Under the pieces are notes generated by a model. The model was not told the origin of the DNA, ran no database searches, and saw nothing but the letters and a program-made list of their open reading frames with translations. A program made the position numbers and the translations under genes. 64,000 nucleotides of DNA from an uncultured Nitrososphaerales archaeon (GTDB lineage: Archaea > Thermoproteota > Nitrososphaeria > Nitrososphaerales > Nitrososphaeraceae), in contig CAVOHZ010000010.1 of the NCBI GenBank assembly GCA_963695855.1, forward strand, positions 704,001-768,000, given 5' to 3'. Positions 1 through 11,204 of the stretch are shown here, piece by piece (within the stretch, counting starts at the first letter, position 1; each line of letters starts with the position of its first letter).

Positions 1-509
1 ATACCTCTGCCTCCGCCTCCAAAAGCAGATTTTAACATTACAGGATAACCAGCGTCTTTTGCAATTTCAGCAGCTTTATCAACATCCTCTACTACTCCTT
101 CACTTCCAGGGATCGTAGGTACTTCAGCTTTTTTCATTAGTTCTTTACATTTCATTTTATCCCCAGCCAATTGCATCGCTTTCGCAGTAGGTCCAATGAA
201 AATGATTCCATGTTTTTTACATTCTTCTGAAAAACCATCGTTTTCAGAAAGAAAGCCGTATCCAGGGTGAATAGCGTCAGCACCAGCAGCATTTGCAATT
301 TCTATTATTTTATCAATACGAAGATAACTTTCTGAAGCGGGGGCTGGACCCAAGCGATATGATTCATCTGCCCTCTTAACATGAATTGCACGATTATCTT
401 CATCAGAATAAACAGAAATCGATTTTATTCCCAATTGTTTACACGCTCTGATCACTCTTAGAGCAATCTCCCCCCTGTTTGCGATTAGTATAGAAGATAT
501 CTTTGACAT
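1..509 (-). CDS. accC: Acetyl/propionyl-CoA carboxylase biotin carboxylase subunit (5' part; runs off window)
   Basis: Manual translation from ATG at 509: MSKISSILIANRGEIALRVIRACKQLG...IHPGYGFLSEN...GGGGRG, the biotin carboxylase motifs; adjacent to the carboxyltransferase gene. Confidence 0.93.
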   Translation of the reverse strand, partial: MSKISSILIANRGEIALRVIRACKQLGIKSISVYSDEDNRAIHVKRADESYRLGPAPASESYLRIDKIIEIANAAGADAIHPGYGFLSENDGFSEECKKHGIIFIGPTAKAMQLAGDKMKCKELMKKAEVPTIPGSEGVVEDVDKAAEIAKDAGYPVMLKSAFGGGGRG

Positions 510-520
510 AATCCAATCTC

Positions 521-2062
521 CTACAAATTTATGTTCCCATGTTTTTTCCATGGCCCGGTTTCTTTTTTACCTGAAAGGCATTCGAGTGCCTGTATAATCA
601 TGGGCCTTGTTTCCATTGGATCAATAACAAGATCTATTATACCCTTTTCAGCGGCTATATATGGATTGGCAAATTTTTTTCTATATTCATCGGCTAATTT
701 CTTTTTTGTTATTTTGAGATCTTTTGAGCTCTTCAAATCTCTCCGGTGAATGATTGTTATTGCCGCTTCCGGTCCCAATACCGCTATCTCTGCTGTTGGC
801 CAAGCATAATTGATGTCTGCCTTCAAATTTTTACTTCCCATGGCAATGTAGGCACCGCCATAAGCTTTACCTATAATACAAGTAATTTTTGGAATTGTTG
901 CTTCACAATACGCATATAATAATTTGCTTCCATGTCGTATTATGCCATTATGTTCTTGATCAGCACCTGGCAAATATCCGGGAGTATCTACAAGAGTAAC
1001 AATTGGAATATTAAAAGAGTCGCAAAATCGAATAAATCTAGCAGATTTATTTGATGAATCAATGTCCATGGCCCCTGCTAGAACCTGCGGTTGATTTGCT
1101 ATTATACCTATAGATCTTCCACCCAACCTAGCAAAACCCACAACTATGTTACTGGCAAATGTTTCGTGTATTTCAAAGAAATCATGATTATCAACGATGT
1201 TATGAATGATTTCCTTAATATCATAAGGATGATATGGATTCTCCGGGAGAATGTTAATAAGATTTGAATCAAGTCTATTAGGATCATCATTTGATTCTAA
1301 TGTTGGTGGATCCTGACGATTATTTTGGGGAAGATATGTCAATAATTTTTTGATTTTTTCCATACAATCATATTCGTTACTTGCAACAAGATGGGCAACC
1401 CCAGATTTCGTAGAATGAGTTATTGCTCCTCCAAGTTCCTCGAATGAGACATCTTGACTCAATACCTCTTTTACCACCTCAGGACCGGTTACAAACATTT
1501 GGCCAACATTTTCCACCATAATTACAAAGTCTGTCATTGCTGGAGAATACACTGCACCACCAGCACATGGCCCTATACTTGCAGTTATTTGAGGAATAAT
1601 ACCAGAAGCAGTAGTATTTCTATAAAATATATCACCATAACCATCCAGGCTCATAACCCCCTCTTGAATTCTCGCACCACCAGAATCCAATATACCTATT
1701 AAGGGGGCACCTACCTTAATTGCCTTATCCATTATTTTGACAATCTTTTTGGAAGCCATTTCGCCAAGTGATCCACCTAAAATCGTGAAGTCATATGCAT
1801 ACACAAAGATCTTTCTTCCATTAATATTGCCAAATCCAGTAATTACTCCATCTCCATAGAATTTTTTCGTTTCCGATTCATCATTTCTATGAGTTACATA
1901 TTTATCCAGTTCAACAAAACTTCCCTCGTCAAGCAGAAGATCTATTCTTTCCCTAGCTGTTAGCTTGCCTTTTGAATGTTGCACATCAACTTTTTCTTGC
2001 CCTCCTCCAGCCTCTGCAAGTTTTTTCATTTCATACAACTTCTCAGATTTATCCTCGTGCAT
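521..2062 (-). CDS. Acetyl/propionyl-CoA carboxylase carboxyltransferase subunit (3HP/4HB carbon fixation cycle)
   Basis: 513 aa; DSGGARIQEG, GPCAGGAVYSP, VDTPGYLPG and KKHGNINL motifs. Confidence 0.95.
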   Translation of the reverse strand: MHEDKSEKLYEMKKLAEAGGGQEKVDVQHSKGKLTARERIDLLLDEGSFVELDKYVTHRNDESETKKFYGDGVITGFGNINGRKIFVYAYDFTILGGSLGEMASKKIVKIMDKAIKVGAPLIGILDSGGARIQEGVMSLDGYGDIFYRNTTASGIIPQITASIGPCAGGAVYSPAMTDFVIMVENVGQMFVTGPEVVKEVLSQDVSFEELGGAITHSTKSGVAHLVASNEYDCMEKIKKLLTYLPQNNRQDPPTLESNDDPNRLDSNLINILPENPYHPYDIKEIIHNIVDNHDFFEIHETFASNIVVGFARLGGRSIGIIANQPQVLAGAMDIDSSNKSARFIRFCDSFNIPIVTLVDTPGYLPGADQEHNGIIRHGSKLLYAYCEATIPKITCIIGKAYGGAYIAMGSKNLKADINYAWPTAEIAVLGPEAAITIIHRRDLKSSKDLKITKKKLADEYRKKFANPYIAAEKGIIDLVIDPMETRPMIIQALECLSGKKETGPWKKHGNINL

Positions 2063-2183
2063 TCGTTTATCATTATGGCACGAACTATATATATATAATT
2101 ATAAAAAGAATATCAAATTACAAATTTACATAATAAAAAATTAAATATAAAATGACCTAAAATCTATAAAGTATCGTATTAGA

Positions 2184-2405
2184 TTAAAAATGTTCTTCAC
2201 GAAGACTAGACCTTCCGCCCTTGGCCCGTCTAAACACGTTCATTCCAAGATTGTAATTTTCAAACAACGATTCTAAAGCCTCGATTTCAGAAACTAATGA
2301 TTGTATTTCATATTTGTTTTGCTCTTCATTTTTCTTTAGGGTATCGAGGCGAGCTCTTTTTTCTGAAAGCAATTTACCAACATTATGTTCATATTCACTT
2401 GACAT
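2184..2405 (-). CDS. Small hypothetical coiled-coil protein
   Basis: 73-aa ORF co-oriented with its neighbours. Confidence 0.6.
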   Translation of the reverse strand: MSSEYEHNVGKLLSEKRARLDTLKKNEEQNKYEIQSLVSEIEALESLFENYNLGMNVFRRAKGGRSSLREEHF

Positions 2406-2425
2406 TCATATACTATTGATAAACC

Positions 2426-2800
2426 TCACGATTTTAATTTTACGATCTTATTCATTTTTTCAAGAACTAGATATTGATATCTACCATAGCAACCAGGATC
2501 ATTAACACAATCATTACAGATAAAAAATAATTTTGGGTCAGTCTTTTCTCCTATGTCCTTATTATCATTTATGAATAAAGAACCTGACGCTTTACAAATT
2601 AAACATTCAGCTTGGGGAGATGACTTTTTTACTTCATGCTCTTCTATTGGACTATTATTCTGGACGTAACAATCGAGATGTTTAATAGATTTCGAGATCT
2701 TCGACCAAAAAGCATAGTCGCCAGATTTAATTAATTTCCCACATACAGAACACTTACCATTAAATTTTACTACCAATTTAATCCAGTCAGATTGACTCAA
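2426..2800 (-). CDS. Hypothetical Cys-rich (Zn-finger-like) protein
   Basis: 124 aa; CSVC...HLDC, CLIC and CNDC motifs; overlaps the rfcL stop. Confidence 0.7.
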   Translation of the reverse strand: MSQSDWIKLVVKFNGKCSVCGKLIKSGDYAFWSKISKSIKHLDCYVQNNSPIEEHEVKKSSPQAECLICKASGSLFINDNKDIGEKTDPKLFFICNDCVNDPGCYGRYQYLVLEKMNKIVKLKS

Positions 2801-4034
2801 CTTTTTTCATCCTCTCTATTTCTTTTGAAAAAGTTTCAAGATATTTAGAATCTAAAGAATAAGTAAAAATAAACTCGTTAATATCAATTTTATTATTGGA
2901 CATAATTTTCAATAAAAAGGGAAAATATAGGGTTCCAAATGTACTTGAAGACACGTGGAAATACTTGGAAAGAATAAGAATAATATTTCTTATCGATTGT
3001 CCTCTAGAAAAAATCGTTCCGATATGATGCCAATTCAAAGCATATTGATTGTATGCAATGCCTTTGTTTTGACATTCGTCAGAGAAGTGTTTTGTGATCA
3101 AGCTATTCATATATCTTAACAAATTCCATAATCTTTTTTCATGGATACGAGAAACAAAAATATCGATACTAGATAAGCTATCCAGCAAAGTTGATAGATC
3201 TCCTATGTTCAATTTGGAGGCAACAAAACTTGTAAATAGAGAGTTAATTATGTCTTTTCTCCGCTCTTCACTGGATAGCCCATACCTAGGATCAGAAAAA
3301 TTCCCATCGAGATTAGATAGTATTTTCATAAATTCATTCTTATTCTCACAAGAGAACAACCCATTGATACCGACCGATATTTCGATTTGAAATCCCGTGT
3401 TTGATAATTGATTATCATAACCAGAACATCTAGACTGTAAAAGATTTATCATTGTTCTAACATCACCCTTACTGAGCTTCACAATGGTTAACTTCTCCTC
3501 TAAAGAAATACGCTGTTGATGATAACCTAGTATATAATTTAAAAACATCAACAACAAATAAGGAGAGATCAATTGAAATTTTATTATTTTACATAATTTA
3601 GACAAATTTTTCATTTTTTGATTTGTAGAATTAGCTGCTAGTATTATAGGAAAGTGTGAGGATGATTTAATAACTTCTATAATAAAATCTAATCCTCCCG
3701 TGTCTTCTCTTCCAGAAATACCATCTACTTCATCTAAGAATAATAATATTTTTTTCCCAAGTAAACTATAATTATTAAGGAGAGGGTTTACCATTTTTTC
3801 TAATTGAATTTTGTTCCTTGCATCGCTAGCATTAAGTTCAACTAGATCATAATTCAATAAAGTAGATAATACTTTTACTAGAGTAGTCTTCCCTAAGCCA
3901 GGTGGACCTAAAAGTAATAATGGTTTTGTTCCAGGAAACCATTTTAAGAGCCATTTTAAAACAGATAATCTAACCTCCTCGTTTCCAATCATCTGCTCGA
4001 ATTTATTAGGCCTATGAATTTCTGTCCAATACAT
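2787..4034 (-). CDS. rfcL: Replication factor C large subunit
   Basis: WTEIHRP, GPPGLGKT, ELNASD and LDEVDG motifs; 415 aa. Confidence 0.9.
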   Translation of the reverse strand: MYWTEIHRPNKFEQMIGNEEVRLSVLKWLLKWFPGTKPLLLLGPPGLGKTTLVKVLSTLLNYDLVELNASDARNKIQLEKMVNPLLNNYSLLGKKILLFLDEVDGISGREDTGGLDFIIEVIKSSSHFPIILAANSTNQKMKNLSKLCKIIKFQLISPYLLLMFLNYILGYHQQRISLEEKLTIVKLSKGDVRTMINLLQSRCSGYDNQLSNTGFQIEISVGINGLFSCENKNEFMKILSNLDGNFSDPRYGLSSEERRKDIINSLFTSFVASKLNIGDLSTLLDSLSSIDIFVSRIHEKRLWNLLRYMNSLITKHFSDECQNKGIAYNQYALNWHHIGTIFSRGQSIRNIILILSKYFHVSSSTFGTLYFPFLLKIMSNNKIDINEFIFTYSLDSKYLETFSKEIERMKKVESI

Positions 4035-4044
4035 GGAATATCGA

Positions 4045-5181
4045 CTATGATAATTTTCTGGTTAATGGACTGATCGTCCTTTCAAAATATTTGAACAGAT
4101 CTCTTTTAATTATATCATTATACCAAAACTGATTATAATGATTAACAGTAAGAAAGAGAAATTCTAAAAATGGTTTTAATTCAAATTCATTGGGAAGGAA
4201 TTCCAATGCTAATTTGGCTTCATCAAGATATATTTCGCTTTTCTTTAGTGTTAGTTCAAAACCTTTCTTGACATTATTTGCAATCAGGGAATAATATAAC
4301 GGCCATGAAGGGATCTTAATGGCACCTTCGTTAATAGAATCTTGCATTTCATTACCACATCCCACTGCTTCACTGGCCTTTGCCATCCCAATATGATATA
4401 TTTCATTCAAAGGTGTTTGATTTAATGCCATATTTCGGCCAGCTGTACCCATAATGGAGCGATATTTTTTATAGCATCCAATCATATGTTCATCTGTGAT
4501 AGATTCTGGTTTGACCTTTAATTTATGGTCTATAAATTGACCTATACGCGCATCTTTAAAACCATCTTCGAAAGCTTTCAGAACATGATCACCACCTTGA
4601 GTGATTTTTTCTCTAGCAATATCCAAAATATACGGATTCATTAGTCGATAATCATCAAGATATTCTAAATCTTCATCTTTATCGAGAATTCTGTCCATAG
4701 GTTCACTAAGGTCGATGGCTATTATATGACCATCAATTACAGATGTCCTCAGTTCATTAGATAAATCCTCTTTAAAATAAGATACAGAGCCATCAAATAA
4801 AGCATTTAAAACTGGAAATGTCATTTTCACAAAATTAGAATTTAAAAGTCGCTGTACACGATCTGCTAAAATTTCTGGCCTGGATAATCTTGCTTTCACA
4901 TTCTCGATTATAGATGAATCTAATCCCATCTCTTGTGAACCCACTTCTTCCACAAATTGAGAGATCGTGTTACTAGGAGTGGAATCTGAAATTATCTTTC
5001 GATGTAAAGAGAGAAGATAGCGTTTGGTAAAATCTTCAAATTCTATTTCATATTTTAATTTGTATTTGTTATATTGTTTGTATCCACGTTCCCTAAGCAA
5101 TACTTGTTTAAGAATATCCTTACCTGCCTTAGTGCTCATGAGGGCACTTTTTGAGAATACAAAATCATCCTTGCTACTCAT
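4045..5181 (-). CDS. Hypothetical protein (378 aa)
   Basis: Long intact ORF between rps7 and rfcL; no motif recognised. Confidence 0.8.
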   Translation of the reverse strand: MSSKDDFVFSKSALMSTKAGKDILKQVLLRERGYKQYNKYKLKYEIEFEDFTKRYLLSLHRKIISDSTPSNTISQFVEEVGSQEMGLDSSIIENVKARLSRPEILADRVQRLLNSNFVKMTFPVLNALFDGSVSYFKEDLSNELRTSVIDGHIIAIDLSEPMDRILDKDEDLEYLDDYRLMNPYILDIAREKITQGGDHVLKAFEDGFKDARIGQFIDHKLKVKPESITDEHMIGCYKKYRSIMGTAGRNMALNQTPLNEIYHIGMAKASEAVGCGNEMQDSINEGAIKIPSWPLYYSLIANNVKKGFELTLKKSEIYLDEAKLALEFLPNEFELKPFLEFLFLTVNHYNQFWYNDIIKRDLFKYFERTISPLTRKLS

Positions 5182-5292
5182 GTATGGTTAGTTCAATAGT
5201 AATTATCAGTATTTATTAACTTTCACATAATAATTAAAAAAAAATAATTGTAATTATATTATAAATTAACAAAAAATAATGATTTTAAATTT

Positions 5293-5901
5293 CTATCTAG
5301 AAGACATAGCAATTCTTTCTTGTTCATTCTTTTTCTTTATTGCATGACTAGTCATATCGTTATTTGAGGCTAGGATAATTTCCTTCGCTAGTGCTTCCTC
5401 AATCATTTGAGGATTTGAATAAGTTGATTCTCTAACTCCTTCTGCAATAAACCTCAGTGCTAAATCAAGTCTTCTGAGGGGAGACACATCTACTGAAACA
5501 TGATAAACTACACCACCATATACAATTCTAGTTGTATCTTCATTAGGTGATGAATTTTCCACTGCGCGTACAAGCAATTCTACAGGATTTTTCCCAGTTT
5601 CGAGAAATATTATGTCGAATGCAGTTTTTACTATATTAAGTGATTTTACTTTTTTTCCACCCATTCTTCCTGTATTTTTTGCATATTTTTTACCAAAATG
5701 CATCAATTTATTAGCTAATCTTTCGATAACATGTACTTCAGCCTTCTTCAATCTTTGATGCTCGTGTCTACCAAATGACACAGGAACAACCATGGATGGA
5801 TTAAGAGAAATTACCCTTTTTAGACCAAGATCATTTATTTCTATATCAGACACATCCCATTTATTAAATAACATTATTTTTGAATATTCTTTTCCACTCA
5901 T
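5293..5901 (-). CDS. rps7: 30S ribosomal protein S7
   Basis: VERLANKLM, VDVSPLRRLDLALR, ERIAMSSR; typical position after rps12. Confidence 0.97.
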   Translation of the reverse strand: MSGKEYSKIMLFNKWDVSDIEINDLGLKRVISLNPSMVVPVSFGRHEHQRLKKAEVHVIERLANKLMHFGKKYAKNTGRMGGKKVKSLNIVKTAFDIIFLETGKNPVELLVRAVENSSPNEDTTRIVYGGVVYHVSVDVSPLRRLDLALRFIAEGVRESTYSNPQMIEEALAKEIILASNNDMTSHAIKKKNEQERIAMSSR

Positions 5902-5903
5902 CT

Positions 5904-6341
5904 TTATCGCCTTGGTTTTTCTTTCCTTCCATAAACTAATTCTTTTAATGACACACCATTAACTTTGAAAACCTGCCACCTTACACCGGGAATATCACCC
6001 ATTGCTCCCCCCATAGAGCCACCAATTCCCTCTACCACGACTTCATCATGCTCATCAACAAAATTTAAAGCTCCATCCCGTGGAAGAAAAGCAGTTATTG
6101 ATTTTCCATTTTTTATTAATTGTATACGCACACATTTTCTGACCGCAGAGTTAGGTTGTTTTGATTCAATCCCAACTTTTTCCAATACTATTCCTCTCGC
6201 TTGAGGTGCCCCTTCCATTGGATTAGTTTTTTTATCCAACATAAGTACCCTTCTTTTATAATATTTATTAGCCCATCTGGAACGTTTCCTTTTTGATTTT
6301 AAAACACGTCCAGCAAACAAGCCTAAAGGAGATTTTGCCAT
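5904..6341 (-). CDS. rps12: 30S ribosomal protein S12 (uS12)
   Basis: [12 protein letters not shown] and GDIPGVRW motifs; ATG at 6341 preferred over the upstream GTG. Confidence 0.97.
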   Translation of the reverse strand: MAKSPLGLFAGRVLKSKRKRSRWANKYYKRRVLMLDKKTNPMEGAPQARGIVLEKVGIESKQPNSAVRKCVRIQLIKNGKSITAFLPRDGALNFVDEHDEVVVEGIGGSMGGAMGDIPGVRWQVFKVNGVSLKELVYGRKEKPRR

Positions 6342-6342
6342 T

Positions 6343-6825
6343 TTATACAATCACACCGGTATTATTATTATTTGTTATTTGTTCTGGGCTTAATATTAGA
6401 ACATTCGAAATTTGAAAGTAACGCCTTGCAAGCAACCTAGCTTTTTCCGCATTTCTACCTTCTTTTCCAACTACTACACCTTTTTTTTTGGAATCAACAA
6501 CAACAATAGCTTGTTTAGTACCGTCTATCCTCTTATTAATTTTTATTTCATTTATCATGTCAGAATTAAGTATATTCTTTAAAAATTCATCAACATTGTC
6601 AGAATATTCTACGAGTTCAATTCTTTTTGGAACCACATTTTGGAGCTGTTTGATAGTAGAGCCCCCTTTGCCTATAGCTAAACCCATTTGTCCCTTATTT
6701 ACTACAAAAATAACACGATCCATTTTTTCATCCAATATGCAATCTCTAGCTGTTGCACTTGTGATGCTTTGAAAAAGAGAAATAAGACGTAGTTCATCTG
6801 AAGTTAATTTTATTTTTTCAGTCAA
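6343..6825 (-). CDS. nusA: Archaeal NusA (KH domains)
   Basis: GLAIGKGG and [10 protein letters not shown] motifs; conserved operon position. Confidence 0.95.
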   Translation of the reverse strand: MTEKIKLTSDELRLISLFQSITSATARDCILDEKMDRVIFVVNKGQMGLAIGKGGSTIKQLQNVVPKRIELVEYSDNVDEFLKNILNSDMINEIKINKRIDGTKQAIVVVDSKKKGVVVGKEGRNAEKARLLARRYFQISNVLILSPEQITNNNNTGVIV

Positions 6826-7097
6826 TCTTATACATACCTCTATTTGTAATTTTTCCTAATAAATTATTCGTCAAATGATTAACATGCTGTGTAATAAAGT
6901 ATAATTTAAATTTTAATGAAATAATCTTCATTTCGATAATTTAATATGATTTCAAGAATTAGGTAATACTCTTTCTTACTAATTACCGTAGTTTCAGAAA
7001 TGAGAGGTGAAGTTAAAAACTGTTAAAAATCTTCTTGAATTTTACCACATATAGAAATGTAGCAGACAAGTCCAAATAAAATAAAAAAATAAAAAAA

Positions 7098-7406
7098 TTA
7101 TTGATTTTTCATTAGTTCTTTTAAATCTTCGTCCTGAATATTTTTTAAAGAGACAGAAGAAATTCTATAGGATTTATTAAAGAGTCTTCCCAATTTAACC
7201 GAATTTTCTTGCAGATAATAAATCGGGACATTATATTCGGATGCCTGTGTCTCTATAAACTGTTTATCTTTACTATTTACAGTATTTGACAATATTAACA
7301 ATTTTGATCCCTTTATATTCGATTTTACTTCTTTAATTCCCCTTTTGTATTTGTTATTGGATATTGATTCTTTAATTATTTTCTCCAAAATCTTCATTTT
7401 GTTCAT
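7098..7406 (-). CDS. rpl30e: 50S ribosomal protein L30e
   Basis: L7Ae/L30e-like 102-aa ORF between rpoA and nusA. Confidence 0.85.
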   Translation of the reverse strand: MNKMKILEKIIKESISNNKYKRGIKEVKSNIKGSKLLILSNTVNSKDKQFIETQASEYNVPIYYLQENSVKLGRLFNKSYRISSVSLKNIQDEDLKELMKNQ

Positions 7407-10400
7407 TCACCTTCATATACAATTCAACCATTCCAGTTCCAACAGGAACAGTTGCGCCTACAATTACATTTTCTGTAACTCCTTTTAATGCTTCCGTTTG
7501 ACCTTCCATTGCTGCTCTGGCAATAGTAGGAACAGTGATTTCAAATGCCGCTCTAGCTAAAACGGATGTTTTAGTTCCTGCAATGCCATGTCTACCTATC
7601 TGTTGAAGATAGCCTTTAGACGTCATTAGATCTGCAACAAGCATAATATGTCTAATATCTACCTCTAGACCTTGTTCCTCGAGTGTATTTGTGATCTCTT
7701 TGACTAGAGCAGTCCTTGCAGCCTCAATTCCTAAAGTTTGCCATATTTCGTATACATTGTTAGTAGTTATTCTTGAAAGATCAATACCATCTACATAAAT
7801 AATTTTAGCCAAATTTGAGCCTGCAGTTTGTATAACCCATTCATCAATTTGTTTAACTATAGTTACTCTTTCTATATCTGGTACTCCTTTTATCCTTGTG
7901 TTTAAAAGTTTATTCTTTAACAACAGAAAACTTTGTGCATCCAAATCTTCATTCATTTTCATAACAATACTCAATTCCTTTTCATCTAGAATACTATCAT
8001 ATTTCTTTTTAGAACCTTTTAAAATCTCGAATATATCTTTGATATTACAACCTCTTTCAGTCAATTTGTCAGAAGATAAACTAAATTTGATTATACCTCC
8101 ATAATCGATGTCAGTTTTTTCTACAACATCTATAACCTTTGTATGGATAATCTCTTTTGCAACATTTAATGCTTGTTCTCTGGAAAACCGATGTTGTTCG
8201 TCTAGATAGATATCCATTGTAGGAGTGATAGGTTTCTTTCGTGCGTCTACCAGTTCTATTAATCGTGGTAGTCCAAGAGTAACATTTCTTTCCTTTACTC
8301 CCGCATAATGGAATGTTCTGAGAGTCATCTGAGTCCCAGGTTCACCTATAGATTGTGCAGTGACAACCCCGACTGCTTCACCTGGTTCTACCAGTGCTCT
8401 TTCCACAAGATCAATAATCTTTTTAACTACCTTTTCGATACCTAGTTTACTAAGTTTATTATCCAGTAATATAGTTTCAATATTTGATCTTAATTTGGGA
8501 TTAAAATGTGATACATATTGATTTAATATATGTCTAATTTCAGATTCGTCTGCTTTCGTACCTTCATCTACTACAGACTCACTTTCGATAATTCTTGAAA
8601 TATTAACCGCTTCACCATGATCACTTTTAGCTGGGTCAATCCCATCTTCTCCATAAAGATATTGAATAATGTTACCGTGGGGGTCTCTAACTGTTCCATC
8701 ATATTCCATTTTCAAATGTTCGAGAGCATTAATCAATCGTCTTTGCATATAGCCAGATTGTTGTGTTCTTACGGCGGTATCAACTAGACCTTCTCTTCCG
8801 CCCATAGCATGAAAAAAGAACTCTAAAGGAGTTAGTCCATCACGGTAATTTGATTTTACAAATCCCTTAGCGTCAGGATTAGTATCATTTATCCTAAAAT
8901 GCGGCAAAGAACGATTCCGATAGCCCTTGTGAATTCTTTTACCTCGTATTGATTGCTGACCTAAAACCGCAGTCATTTGGCCTATATTAAGGGTTGACCC
9001 ACGAGCACCGGTAGATGCCATTATCACACCCGCATTATCATTCGGAAAAGATCTGTCTGCAAGTCTACCTGCGCGATCTCTTGCACGAGATAACTCATTT
9101 ACTAGGTACAATTCTAGTGCCTCCTCAGGGGAGAGACCCCTAGTTAGTGGCAAAGTTTCATCCTTATATTGAAGAATTAGCTCACCAATTTTATCATAGG
9201 CTTTTTTAATTACTCCAGTAATTTCTTTTTCTGTCTCTTCTGTCAGCCATAAATCAGAATACCCGTACGTAAAACCACGATGAGTAATGAATGTTTTTAA
9301 CATGATAAGTATTGAATTCAGGAACTTCTGGGCAACATCGTTTCCATAATCCTTAGCGATTCTGTGCAAAACACTGTCAGGTTCTTCTGCTCCAATTGAT
9401 GCTTTGTCTATAACTCCACTTATTAGTTCCCCATTTTTGATTACTACATCTTTTCCCTCTCCTTTAATTGATTTGTTCCATTTTGATGTAATAATAAAAT
9501 TAAAGTCATTTGGAAGAAATAGGGAAAAAAGTTGTTTTCCTGTATAAAACTTCTTCCCATCCTTTTCACCTTTATGCATAGGGATAGGTCCTGAATATCC
9601 ACCTAGTAATGCCAAATTAAAGAATTCCTCTTGTAATAATATAGTTTCATCTCTTGTTAAGAGATATGCGCCTGTAATAAAGTCACGTATTCCACCAATA
9701 ATTGGACCGCCGTATCTTGGAGAAATTAGTTGATCTTGAACACTCATAAGCAATGCTGCCTCAGACCGTGCTTCTTCGCTCTGAGGTACATGAAGGTTCA
9801 TTTCATCACCATCGAAATCGGCATTATACGGAGGACAAACAGCTGGATGTAATCGAAAAGTTCTATATGGCAGAACTTTAACATAATGGGCCATAATTGA
9901 CATCCTGTGTAAAGAAGGTTGTCTATTGAAAATAACAATATCTCCTTCAGATAAATGTCTCTCTATAATGTAACCAGGAACTATGGAGTCTGCAACCATT
10001 TGTCTATCGTTTACATAATCGAGTCTTATTTTTACCCCATCGGGTCTTATGATATAGTTAGCTCCAGGGTATGAGTTAGGACCGTTAAAAACTAGTTTCT
10101 TTAATTTTTCTAGATTCCATGATGAGACGGTTTCTGGGATGGTAAGTTTCTTTGCAACTTCATATGGAATACCAACCTCTGAAATAGCAATATTTGGATC
10201 GGGAGAGATTACTGTTCTACTTGAAAAATCTACACGTTTTCCAGATAATGAGCCTCTAAATCTACCTTCCTTTCCCTTTAATCTTTGGGTAAGTGTCTTC
10301 AATGGCCTTCCTGATCTATGATGAGCCTGTGGAATTCCAGAAACTTCATTATCAAAATATGTCGTAACATGATATTGTAACAAGTCTACCAAATCTTGAA

Positions 10401-11199
10401 CAATTAGTGGAGGAGTTCCGGCTTCTTTACTTTCTTTGAGTCTTTGATTGACTCTTATTATATCAACGAGTTTATGAGTAAGATCATCCTCAGAGCGAAT
10501 GCCTGTTTCAAGTATTATAGACGGTCTTACAGTGACTGGAGGGACAGGAAGCACCTGTAAAACAAACCATTCTGGTCTGGCGGTAGTTGGGTCATATCCT
10601 AATAATCTTAAATCATCATCCTTGATATTAGAAAGACGTTCACGAATTGTAATGGGTAATAATCTATTTTCTCCCGCATCAGTTTTTTCAACAAAAATCG
10701 TAGGTTTAGTAAAGATAAGGTCATATTGTTCCTTCTGACAATGGGGACAGATTTTTATTTTTTTGGATTTTTCTATAATCTCATCTTTTATATTTTCTAA
10801 AGTAATTACAGCATATGAAGCTTTTCCAGTCCTTATAGTTCTAAAATGTTCTAATTCTTCAGTTTCTAGTTTTATTCTGTTACAAGATCTACATGTAGTT
10901 AGTAACAATTTATGCACATCATCTACAAATGCGATATGTAATACAGGTTCGGCCAGCTCAATATGACCAAAATGACCTGGACATTTTGCAGAAGTATTAC
11001 CACAAGAAATACATTTTTGACCCGGTTCAAGAGTACCTAGACGGTTATCCATCAATCCACCTTGAACCGGCATTCCATCTTCATCATATGTTTCAGGCGC
11101 GGTGATTTCAGCTACACTAAATTTACGTACTTCAACTGGCGACCAAACACTAAATTTAATACTACCAAGATTTTTAATAGACTCTTCCATTATTATCAC
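7372..11199 (-). CDS. rpoA: DNA-directed RNA polymerase largest subunit (unsplit A'+A'', Rpo1)
   Basis: NADFDGDEMN catalytic motif, CPGHFGH, GEPGTQMTLRTFH; 1275 aa containing both A' and A'' parts (likely start ATG 11190). Confidence 0.98.
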   Translation of the reverse strand: MIIMEESIKNLGSIKFSVWSPVEVRKFSVAEITAPETYDEDGMPVQGGLMDNRLGTLEPGQKCISCGNTSAKCPGHFGHIELAEPVLHIAFVDDVHKLLLTTCRSCNRIKLETEELEHFRTIRTGKASYAVITLENIKDEIIEKSKKIKICPHCQKEQYDLIFTKPTIFVEKTDAGENRLLPITIRERLSNIKDDDLRLLGYDPTTARPEWFVLQVLPVPPVTVRPSIILETGIRSEDDLTHKLVDIIRVNQRLKESKEAGTPPLIVQDLVDLLQYHVTTYFDNEVSGIPQAHHRSGRPLKTLTQRLKGKEGRFRGSLSGKRVDFSSRTVISPDPNIAISEVGIPYEVAKKLTIPETVSSWNLEKLKKLVFNGPNSYPGANYIIRPDGVKIRLDYVNDRQMVADSIVPGYIIERHLSEGDIVIFNRQPSLHRMSIMAHYVKVLPYRTFRLHPAVCPPYNADFDGDEMNLHVPQSEEARSEAALLMSVQDQLISPRYGGPIIGGIRDFITGAYLLTRDETILLQEEFFNLALLGGYSGPIPMHKGEKDGKKFYTGKQLFSLFLPNDFNFIITSKWNKSIKGEGKDVVIKNGELISGVIDKASIGAEEPDSVLHRIAKDYGNDVAQKFLNSILIMLKTFITHRGFTYGYSDLWLTEETEKEITGVIKKAYDKIGELILQYKDETLPLTRGLSPEEALELYLVNELSRARDRAGRLADRSFPNDNAGVIMASTGARGSTLNIGQMTAVLGQQSIRGKRIHKGYRNRSLPHFRINDTNPDAKGFVKSNYRDGLTPLEFFFHAMGGREGLVDTAVRTQQSGYMQRRLINALEHLKMEYDGTVRDPHGNIIQYLYGEDGIDPAKSDHGEAVNISRIIESESVVDEGTKADESEIRHILNQYVSHFNPKLRSNIETILLDNKLSKLGIEKVVKKIIDLVERALVEPGEAVGVVTAQSIGEPGTQMTLRTFHYAGVKERNVTLGLPRLIELVDARKKPITPTMDIYLDEQHRFSREQALNVAKEIIHTKVIDVVEKTDIDYGGIIKFSLSSDKLTERGCNIKDIFEILKGSKKKYDSILDEKELSIVMKMNEDLDAQSFLLLKNKLLNTRIKGVPDIERVTIVKQIDEWVIQTAGSNLAKIIYVDGIDLSRITTNNVYEIWQTLGIEAARTALVKEITNTLEEQGLEVDIRHIMLVADLMTSKGYLQQIGRHGIAGTKTSVLARAAFEITVPTIARAAMEGQTEALKGVTENVIVGATVPVGTGMVELYMKVNEQNEDFGENN

Positions 11200-11204
11200 C
11201 TATT

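Noticed and set aside
6826-7097. Unusually long spacer between rpl30e and nusA with weak hairpins
   Set aside because: The pairings are short and AT-rich and cannot be distinguished from chance by eye.
7372-11199. RNA polymerase A' and A'' fused in one gene
   Set aside because: An unsplit Rpo1 is the known state in Thaumarchaeota; useful for taxonomy but not novel.
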